From: Enterobacteria phage FfAmethyst
Length of the DNA stretch: 6,407 bases
Reading direction: 5' to 3' (one strand)
Sequence record: PP430147.1
The notes below the pieces were generated by a model. The model did not search any database. It was not told the DNA's origin and worked only from the letters and a program-made list of their open reading frames with translations. Shown piece by piece: positions 1 to 5,149 of this stretch. The position numbers and the translations under genes were made by a program. Position 1 is the stretch's first letter. Each line of letters opens with the position of its first letter.

Positions 1-78
1 CGGCGCATTAAGCGCGGCGGGTGTGGTGGTTACGCGCAGCGTGACCGCTACACTTGCCAGCGCCCTAGCGCCCGCTCC
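1..78 (+). other. Packaging (morphogenetic) signal, imperfect hairpin A
   Basis: GC-rich imperfect inverted repeat directly after the gene IV stop: 5' arm around 13-31 (gcgcggcgggtgtggtgg) against 3' arm around 46-64 (ccgctacacttgccagcgc). Its position corresponds to the known f1 packaging signal at the start of the IG. Boundaries are approximate. Confidence 0.6.
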
Positions 79-99
79 TTTCGCTTTCTTCCCTTCCTT

Positions 100-250
100 T
101 CTCGCCACGTTCGCCGGCTTTCCCCGTCAAGCTCTAAATCGGGGGCTCCCTTTAGGGTTCCGATTTAGTGCTTTACGGCACCTCGACCCCAAAAAACTTG
201 ATTTGGGTGATGGTTCACGTAGTGGGCCATCGCCCTGATAGACGGTTTTT
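100..250 (+). other. Minus-strand (complementary-strand) origin region, hairpins B and C
   Basis: Inverted repeat gctctaaatcgg (131-142) paired with ccgatttagtgc (160-171), one mismatch, plus further imperfect repeats downstream. Position matches the established Ff organisation of packaging signal, then minus origin, then plus origin. Boundaries are approximate. Confidence 0.5.
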
Positions 251-261
251 CGCCCTTTGAC

Positions 262-320
262 GTTGGAGTCCACGTTCTTTAATAGTGGACTCTTGTTCCA
301 AACTGGAACAACACTCAACC
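262..320 (+). promoter_or_regulatory. Plus-strand origin core: pII nick-site hairpin with nick between 280 and 281, plus adjacent pII-binding palindrome
   Basis: Hairpin with stem gagtccac (266-273) and gtggactc (285-292); the loop carries the canonical nick motif TTCTTT^AATA. Followed by palindrome gttccaaactggaac (294-308). The nick maps to f1 positions 5780/5781 under the minus-5500 offset. Confidence 0.85.
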
Positions 321-433
321 CTATCTCGGTCTATTCTTTTGATTTATAAGGTATTTTGCCAATTTCGGCCTATTGGTTAAAAAATGAGCTTATTTAACAA
401 AAATTTAACGCGAATTTTAACAAAATATTAACG

Positions 434-462
434 TTTACAATTTAAATATTTGCTTATACAAT
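434..462 (+). promoter_or_regulatory. Sigma70-type promoter upstream of gene II (P_II)
   Basis: -35 TTTACA (434-439), 17-nt spacer, -10 TACAAT (457-462), about 45 nt upstream of the gene II ATG. Near-consensus hexamers with optimal spacing. The Ff gene II promoter is known to lie in this part of the IG. Confidence 0.6.
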
Positions 463-505
463 CTTCCTGTTTTTGGGGCTTTTCTGATTATCAACCGGGG
501 TACAT

Positions 506-1738
506 ATGATTGACATGCTAGTTTTACGATTACCGTTCATCGATTCTCTTGTTTGCTCCAGACTCTCAGGCAATGACCTGATAGCCTTTGTAGACCTCTC
601 AAAAATAGCTACCCTCTCCGGCATGAATTTATCAGCTAGAACGGTTGAATATCATATTGATGGTGATTTGACTGTCTCCGGCCTTTCTCACCCGTTTGAA
701 TCTTTACCTACACATTACTCAGGCATTGCATTTAAAATATATGAGGGTTCTAAAAATTTTTATCCTTGCGTTGAAATAAAGGCTTCTCCCGCAAAAGTAT
801 TACAGGGTCATAATGTTTTTGGTACAACCGATTTAGCTTTATGCTCTGAGGCTTTATTGCTTAATTTTGCTAATTCTTTGCCTTGCCTGTATGATTTATT
901 GGATGTTAACGCTACTACTATTAGTAGAATTGATGCCACCTTTTCAGCTCGCGCCCCAAATGAAAATATAGCTAAACAGGTTATTGACCATTTGCGAAAT
1001 GTATCTAATGGTCAAACTAAATCTACTCGTTCGCAGAATTGGGAATCAACTGTTACATGGAATGAAACTTCTAGACACCGTACTTTAGTTGCATATTTAA
1101 AACATGTTGAGCTACAGCACCAGATTCAGCAATTAAGCTCTAAGCCATCCGCAAAAATGACCTCTTATCAAAAGGAGCAATTAAAGGTACTCTCTAATCC
1201 TGACCTGTTGGAGTTTGCTTCCGGTCTGGTTCGCTTTGAAGCTCGAATTAAAACGCGATATTTGAAGTCTTTCGGGCTTCCTCTTAATCTTTTTGATGCA
1301 ATCCGCTTTGCTTCTGATTATAATAGTCAGGGTAAAGACCTGATTTTTGATTTATGGTCATTCTCGTTTTCTGAACTGTTTAAAGCATTTGAGGGGGATT
1401 CAATGAATATTTATGACGATTCCGCAGTATTGGACGCTATCCAGTCTAAACATTTTACTATCACCCCCTCTGGCAAAACTTCTTTTGCAAAAGCCTCTCG
1501 CTATTTTGGTTTTTATCGTCGTCTGGTAAACGAGGGTTATGATAGTGTTGCTCTTACTATGCCTCGTAATTCCTTTTGGCGTTATGTATCTGCATTAGTT
1601 GAATGTGGTATTCCTAAATCTCAACTGATGAATCTTTCTACCTGTAATAATGTTGTTCCGTTAGTTCGTTTTATTAACGTAGATTTTTCTTCCCAACGTC
1701 CTGACTGGTATAATGAGCCAGTTCTTAAAATCGCATAA
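506..1738 (+). CDS. II: pII, replication initiator (site-specific nickase for rolling-circle replication), 410 aa
   Basis: ORF-track 506..1738 (410 aa, MIDMLVLRLPFIDSLVCSRLSGNDL...) matches canonical Ff pII in length and sequence. First gene after the IG. Codon 40 is ATG (Met), the wild-type state. Confidence 0.97.
   Translation: MIDMLVLRLPFIDSLVCSRLSGNDLIAFVDLSKIATLSGMNLSARTVEYHIDGDLTVSGLSHPFESLPTHYSGIAFKIYEGSKNFYPCVEIKASPAKVLQGHNVFGTTDLALCSEALLLNFANSLPCLYDLLDVNATTISRIDATFSARAPNENIAKQVIDHLRNVSNGQTKSTRSQNWESTVTWNETSRHRTLVAYLKHVELQHQIQQLSSKPSAKMTSYQKEQLKVLSNPDLLEFASGLVRFEARIKTRYLKSFGLPLNLFDAIRFASDYNSQGKDLIFDLWSFSFSELFKAFEGDSMNIYDDSAVLDAIQSKHFTITPSGKTSFAKASRYFGFYRRLVNEGYDSVALTMPRNSFWRYVSALVECGIPKSQLMNLSTCNNVVPLVRFINVDFSSQRPDWYNEPVLKIA
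1403..1738 (+). CDS. X: pX, 111 aa, produced by in-frame internal initiation within gene II (identical to the pII C-terminus)
   Basis: In-frame ATG at 1403-1405 (MNIYDDSAVL...); counting from it to the gene II stop gives exactly 111 codons, the known pX length. Confidence 0.85.
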   Translation: MNIYDDSAVLDAIQSKHFTITPSGKTSFAKASRYFGFYRRLVNEGYDSVALTMPRNSFWRYVSALVECGIPKSQLMNLSTCNNVVPLVRFINVDFSSQRPDWYNEPVLKIA

Positions 1739-1749
1739 GGTAATTCACA

Positions 1750-2013
1750 ATGATTAAAGTTGAAATTAAACCATCTCAAGCGCAATTCACTACCCGTTCT
1801 GGTGTTTCTCGTCAGGGCAAGCCTTATTCACTGAATGAGCAGCTTTGTTACGTTGATTTGGGTAATGAATATCCGGTGCTTGTCAAGATTACTCTTGATG
1901 AAGGTCAGCCAGCCTATGCGCCTGGTCTGTACACCGTTCATCTGTCCTCGTTCAAAGTTGGTCAGTTCGGTTCCCTTATGATTGACCGTCTGCGCCTCGT
2001 TCCGGCTAAGTAA
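1750..2013 (+). CDS. V: pV, ssDNA-binding protein, 87 aa
   Basis: ORF-track 1750..2013 (MIKVEIKPSQAQFTTRSGVSRQGKPYSLNEQLCYVDLGNEYPVLVKITLDEGQPAYAPGLYTVHLSSFKVGQFGSLMIDRLRLVPAK) matches canonical Ff gene V protein. Confidence 0.97.
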   Translation: MIKVEIKPSQAQFTTRSGVSRQGKPYSLNEQLCYVDLGNEYPVLVKITLDEGQPAYAPGLYTVHLSSFKVGQFGSLMIDRLRLVPAK

Positions 2014-2014
2014 C

Positions 2015-2116
2015 ATGGAGCAGGTCGCGGATTTCGACACAATTTATCAGGCGATGATACAAATCTCCGTTGTACTTTGTTTCGCGCTTGGTATAATCGC
2101 TGGGGGTCAAAGATGA
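2015..2116 (+). CDS. VII: pVII, minor coat protein at the virion tip that emerges first, 33 aa
   Basis: Not in the ORF track because it is too short. ATG at 2015 lies two nt after the gene V stop. Manual translation gives MEQVADFDTIYQAMIQISVVLCFALGIIAGGQR, stop TGA at 2114-2116. Confidence 0.9.
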   Translation: MEQVADFDTIYQAMIQISVVLCFALGIIAGGQR

Positions 2117-2211
2117 GTGTTTTAGTGTATTCTTTCGCCTCTTTCGTTTTAGGTTGGTGCCTTCGTAGTGGCATTACGTATTTTACCCGTTTAATGGAAA
2201 CTTCCTCATGA
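2113..2211 (+). CDS. IX: pIX, minor coat protein, 32 aa
   Basis: Not in the ORF track. Its ATG (2113-2115) overlaps the gene VII stop in an ATGA arrangement. Manual translation gives MSVLVYSFASFVLGWCLRSGITYFTRLMETSS, stop TGA at 2209-2211 overlapping the gene VIII ATG. Confidence 0.9.
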   Translation: MSVLVYSFASFVLGWCLRSGITYFTRLMETSS

Positions 2212-2429
2212 AAAAGTCTTTAGTCCTCAAAGCCTCTGTAGCCGTTGCTACCCTCGTTCCGATGCTGTCTTTCGCTGCTGAGGGTGACGATCCCGCAAAA
2301 GCGGCCTTTGACTCTCTGCAAGCCTCAGCGACCGAATATATCGGTTATGCGTGGGCGATGGTTGTTGTCATTGTCGGCGCAGCTATCGGTATCAAGCTGT
2401 TTAAGAAATTCACCTCGAAAGCAAGCTGA
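2208..2429 (+). CDS. VIII: pVIII, major coat protein precursor, 73 aa (23-aa signal peptide plus 50-aa mature protein)
   Basis: ORF-track 2208..2429. Signal MKKSLVLKASVAVATLVPMLSFA, then mature AEGDDPAKAAFDSLQASATEYIGYAWAMVVVIVGAAIGIKLFKKFTSKAS. Mature residue 12 is Asp, the fd/f1 type. Residue 36 reads Ala where I recall Thr (see findings). Confidence 0.97.
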   Translation: MKKSLVLKASVAVATLVPMLSFAAEGDDPAKAAFDSLQASATEYIGYAWAMVVVIVGAAIGIKLFKKFTSKAS

Positions 2430-2444
2430 TAAACCGATACAATT

Positions 2445-2472
2445 AAAGGCTCCTTTTGGAGCCTTTTTTTTT
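2445..2472 (+). terminator. Rho-independent terminator downstream of gene VIII (the central Ff terminator)
   Basis: Perfect hairpin aaaggctcc (2445-2453), loop tttt, ggagccttt (2458-2466), running into nine consecutive T (2464-2472). Lies 16 nt after the gene VIII stop. Confidence 0.92.
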
Positions 2473-2485
2473 GGAGATTTTCAAC

Positions 2486-3760
2486 GTGAAAAAATTATTA
2501 TTCGCAATTCCTTTAGTTGTTCCTTTCTATTCTCACTCCGCTGAAACTGTTGAAAGTTGTTTAGCAAAACCTCATACAGAAAATTCATTTACTAACGTCT
2601 GGAAAGACGACAAAACATTAGATCGCTACGCTAACTATGAGGGCTGTCTGTGGAATGCTACAGGCGTTGTAGTTTGTACTGGCGACGAAACTCAGTGTTA
2701 TGGTACATGGGTTCCTATTGGGCTTGCTATCCCTGAAAATGAGGGTGGCGGCTCTGAGGGTGGCGGTTCTGAGGGTGGCGGTTCTGAGGGTGGCGGCACT
2801 AATCCTCCTGAGTACGGTGATACACCTATTCCGGGCTATACCTATATCAATCCTCTTGACGGCACTTATCCGCCTGGTACTGAGCAAAACCCCGCTAATC
2901 CTAATCCTTCTCTTGTGGAGTCTCAGCCTCTTAATACTTTCATGTTTCAGAATAATAGGTTCCGAAATAGGCAGGGTGCATTAACCGTATATACGGGAAC
3001 CGTTACTCAAGGCACTGACCCCGTCAAAACTTATTACCAGTACACTCCTGTTTCATCAAAAGCCATGTACGACGCTTACTGGAACGGTAAATTCAGAGAC
3101 TGTGCTTTCCATTCCGGCTTTAATGAGGATCCATTCGTTTGTGAATATCAAGGCCAACCGTCTGACCTGCCTCAACCTCCTGTTAATGCTGGCGGCGGCT
3201 CTGGTGGTGGTTCTGGTGGCGGCTCTGAGGGTGGCGGCTCTGAGGGTGGCGGTTCTGAGGGTGGCGGCTCTGAGGGTGGCGGCTCCGGTGGCGGCTCCGG
3301 TTCCGGTGATTTTGATTATGAAAAAATGGCAAACGCTAATAAGGGGGCTATGACCGAAAATGCCGATGAAAACGCGCTACAGTCTGACGCTAAAGGCAAA
3401 CTTGATTCTGTCGCTACTGATTACGGTGCTGCTATCGACGGTTTCATTGGTGACGTTTCCGGCCTTGCTAATGGTAATGGTGCTACTGGTGATTTTGCTG
3501 GCTCTAATTCCCAAATGGCTCAAGTCGGTGACGGTGATAATTCACCTTTAATGAATAATTTCCGTCAATATTTACCTTCCCTCCCTCAATCGGTTGAATG
3601 TCGCCCTTTTGTCTTTGGCGCTGGTAAACCATATGAATTTTCTATTGATTGTGACAAAATAAACTTATTCCGTGGTGTCTTTGCGTTTCTTTTATATGTT
3701 GCCACCTTTATGTATGTATTTTCGACGTTTGCTAACATACTGCGTAATAAGGAGTCTTAA
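2486..3760 (+). CDS. III: pIII, minor coat and adsorption protein (N1 and N2 domains, two Gly-rich linkers, C-terminal anchor), 424 aa including an 18-aa signal peptide; GTG start
   Basis: ORF-track 2456..3760, but the true start is GTG at 2486 ([18 protein letters not shown] then [17 protein letters not shown]...), giving the canonical 424 aa. GGAG Shine-Dalgarno at 2473-2476. Wild-type BamHI site GGATCC at 3127-3132. Confidence 0.96.
   Translation: MKKLLFAIPLVVPFYSHSAETVESCLAKPHTENSFTNVWKDDKTLDRYANYEGCLWNATGVVVCTGDETQCYGTWVPIGLAIPENEGGGSEGGGSEGGGSEGGGTNPPEYGDTPIPGYTYINPLDGTYPPGTEQNPANPNPSLVESQPLNTFMFQNNRFRNRQGALTVYTGTVTQGTDPVKTYYQYTPVSSKAMYDAYWNGKFRDCAFHSGFNEDPFVCEYQGQPSDLPQPPVNAGGGSGGGSGGGSEGGGSEGGGSEGGGSEGGGSGGGSGSGDFDYEKMANANKGAMTENADENALQSDAKGKLDSVATDYGAAIDGFIGDVSGLANGNGATGDFAGSNSQMAQVGDGDNSPLMNNFRQYLPSLPQSVECRPFVFGAGKPYEFSIDCDKINLFRGVFAFLLYVATFMYVFSTFANILRNKES
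2741..2800 (+). repeat. Tandem 15-nt coding repeats for the first pIII glycine-rich linker (EGGGS x3, then EGGGT)
   Basis: Four consecutive near-identical 15-nt units (gagggtggcggYtct), in frame within gene III. Confidence 0.95.
3191..3307 (+). repeat. Tandem coding repeats for the second pIII glycine-rich linker (GGGS and EGGGS units, 39 aa)
   Basis: Translates as [39 protein letters not shown]. Nucleotide-level tandem units of 12 and 15 nt, in frame within gene III. Confidence 0.95.
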
Positions 3761-3762
3761 TC

Positions 3763-4101
3763 ATGCCAGTTCTTTTGGGTATTCCGTTATTATTGCGTTT
3801 TCTCGGTTTCCTTCTGGTAACTTTGTTCGGCTATCTGCTTACTTTTCTTAAAAAGGGCTTCGGTAAGATAGCTATTGCTATTTCATTGTTTCTTGCTCTT
3901 ATTATTGGGCTTAACTCAATTCTTGTGGGTTATCTCTCTGATATTAGCGCTCAATTACCCTCTGACTTTGTTCAGGGCGTTCAGTTAATTCTCCCGTCTA
4001 ATGCGCTTCCCTGTTTTTATGTTATTCTCTCTGTAAAGGCTGCTATTTTCATTTTTGACGTTAAACAAAAAATCGTTTCTTATTTGGATTGGGATAAATA
4101 A
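3763..4101 (+). CDS. VI: pVI, minor coat protein (pIII-proximal virion end), 112 aa
   Basis: ORF-track 3763..4101 (MPVLLGIPLLLRFLGFLLVTLFGYLLTFLKKGFGKIA...) matches canonical pVI. Starts two nt after the gene III stop. Confidence 0.96.
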   Translation: MPVLLGIPLLLRFLGFLLVTLFGYLLTFLKKGFGKIAIAISLFLALIIGLNSILVGYLSDISAQLPSDFVQGVQLILPSNALPCFYVILSVKAAIFIFDVKQKIVSYLDWDK

Positions 4102-4102
4102 T

Positions 4103-5149
4103 ATGGCTGTTTATTTTGTAACTGGCAAATTGGGCTCTGGAAAGACGCTCGTTAGCGTTGGTAAGATTCAGGATAAAATTGTAGCTGGGTGCAAAATAGC
4201 AACTAATCTTGATTTAAGGCTTCAAAACCTCCCGCAAGTCGGGAGGTTCGCTAAAACGCCTCGCGTTCTTAGAATACCGGATAAGCCTTCTATATCTGAT
4301 TTGCTTGCTATTGGGCGCGGTAATGATTCCTACGATGAAAATAAAAACGGCTTGCTTGTTCTCGATGAGTGCGGTACTTGGTTTAATACCCGTTCTTGGA
4401 ATGATAAGGAAAGACAGCCGATTATTGATTGGTTTCTACATGCTCGTAAATTAGGATGGGATATTATTTTTCTTGTTCAGGATTTATCTATTGTTGATAA
4501 ACAGGCGCGTTCTGCATTAGCTGAACATGTTGTTTATTGTCGTCGTCTGGACAGAATTACTTTGCCTTTTGTCGGTACTTTATATTCTCTTATTACTGGC
4601 TCGAAAATGCCTCTGCCTAAATTACATGTTGGCGTTGTTAAATATGGCGATTCTCAATTAAGCCCTACTGTTGAGCGTTGGCTTTATACTGGTAAGAATT
4701 TGTATAACGCATATGATACTAAACAGGCTTTTTCCAGTAATTATGATTCCGGTGTTTATTCTTATTTAACGCCTTATTTATCACACGGTCGGTATTTCAA
4801 ACCATTAAATTTAGGTCAGAAAATGAAATTAACTAAAATATATTTGAAAAAGTTTTCTCGCGTTCTTTGTCTTGCGATTGGATTTGCATCAGCATTTACA
4901 TATAGTTATATAACCCAACCTAAGCCGGAGGTTAAAAAGGTAGTCTCTCAGACCTATGATTTTGATAAATTCACTATTGACTCTTCTCAGCGTCTTAATC
5001 TAAGCTATCGCTATGTTTTCAAGGATTCTAAGGGAAAATTAATTAATAGCGACGATTTACAGAAGCAAGGTTATTCACTCACATATATTGATTTATGTAC
5101 TGTTTCCATTAAAAAAGGTAATTCAAATGAAATTGTTAAATGTAATTAA
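4103..5149 (+). CDS. I: pI, inner-membrane assembly and export ATPase (Zot-like, Walker A motif GKLGSGKT), 348 aa
   Basis: ORF-track 4055..5149 is over-extended at the 5' end. The true ATG at 4103 (MAVYFVTGKLGSGKTLVS...) gives 348 aa, starts one nt after the gene VI stop and puts the P-loop at residues 8-15. Confidence 0.95.
   Translation: MAVYFVTGKLGSGKTLVSVGKIQDKIVAGCKIATNLDLRLQNLPQVGRFAKTPRVLRIPDKPSISDLLAIGRGNDSYDENKNGLLVLDECGTWFNTRSWNDKERQPIIDWFLHARKLGWDIIFLVQDLSIVDKQARSALAEHVVYCRRLDRITLPFVGTLYSLITGSKMPLPKLHVGVVKYGDSQLSPTVERWLYTGKNLYNAYDTKQAFSSNYDSGVYSYLTPYLSHGRYFKPLNLGQKMKLTKIYLKKFSRVLCLAIGFASAFTYSYITQPKPEVKKVVSQTYDFDKFTIDSSQRLNLSYRYVFKDSKGKLINSDDLQKQGYSLTYIDLCTVSIKKGNSNEIVKCN
4823..5149 (+). 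CDS. XI: pXI, 108 aa, produced by in-frame internal initiation within gene I (pI C-terminus, membrane-anchored part of the assembly complex)
   Basis: In-frame ATG at 4823-4825, codon 241 of gene I (MKLTKIYLKKFSRV...). Exactly 108 codons to the gene I stop, the known pXI length. Confidence 0.85.
   Translation: MKLTKIYLKKFSRVLCLAIGFASAFTYSYITQPKPEVKKVVSQTYDFDKFTIDSSQRLNLSYRYVFKDSKGKLINSDDLQKQGYSLTYIDLCTVSIKKGNSNEIVKCN

Larger units (their letters stand above)
1..505. other. Ff phage intergenic region (IG): packaging signal, minus-strand origin, plus-strand origin and gene II promoter; non-coding
   Basis: Lies between the gene IV stop (6407, wrapping) and the gene II ATG (506). Length of 505 nt matches the canonical Ff IG. 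Contains the origin hairpins and nick-site motif described below. ORF-track entries 23..238(+) and 127..318(-) fall here and are considered spurious. Confidence 0.93.

Noticed and set aside
23-238. ORF-track 71-aa ORF on the + strand in the intergenic region
   Set aside because: It lies wholly within the packaging signal and minus-strand origin hairpins, is GC-rich structured non-coding DNA, and has no convincing ribosome-binding site. Ff has no gene here.
127-318. ORF-track 63-aa ORF on the - strand spanning the origin
   Set aside because: Antisense to the replication origins. All Ff genes are on the + strand, so this is an origin-sequence artefact.
1828-2174. Antisense ORFs 1828..2040(-) and 1962..2174(-) opposite genes V, VII and IX
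   Set aside because: Ff transcription is unidirectional on the + strand. These have no promoter or ribosome-binding-site support and overlap well-established genes.
2245-2544. ORF-track 99-aa ORF overlapping gene VIII in another frame and reading through the terminator
   Set aside because: It is out of frame with pVIII and pIII, crosses the strong rho-independent terminator, and does not correspond to any known Ff product.
2618-3353. Repeat-containing ORFs 2618..2887(-), 2700..2984(+) and 3102..3353(+), and a fleeting thought of a CRISPR-like array
   Set aside because: The repeats are the in-frame Gly-Ser linker codons of gene III. The units are 12-15 nt tandem repeats without spacers, and the ORFs are off-frame or antisense translations of that repeat.
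3360-3551. ORF-track 63-aa ORF in an alternate frame inside gene III
   Set aside because: Internal off-frame ORF with a low-complexity hydrophobic translation and no start context. It is embedded in a verified CDS.
4055-5126. Upstream ATG starts given by the ORF track for gene I (4055) and gene IV (5088)
   Set aside because: They would add N-terminal extensions that overlap the preceding gene and displace the Walker A motif (pI) or the signal peptide (pIV) from the N-terminus. The canonical starts at 4103 and 5127 give the known 348- and 426-aa products.
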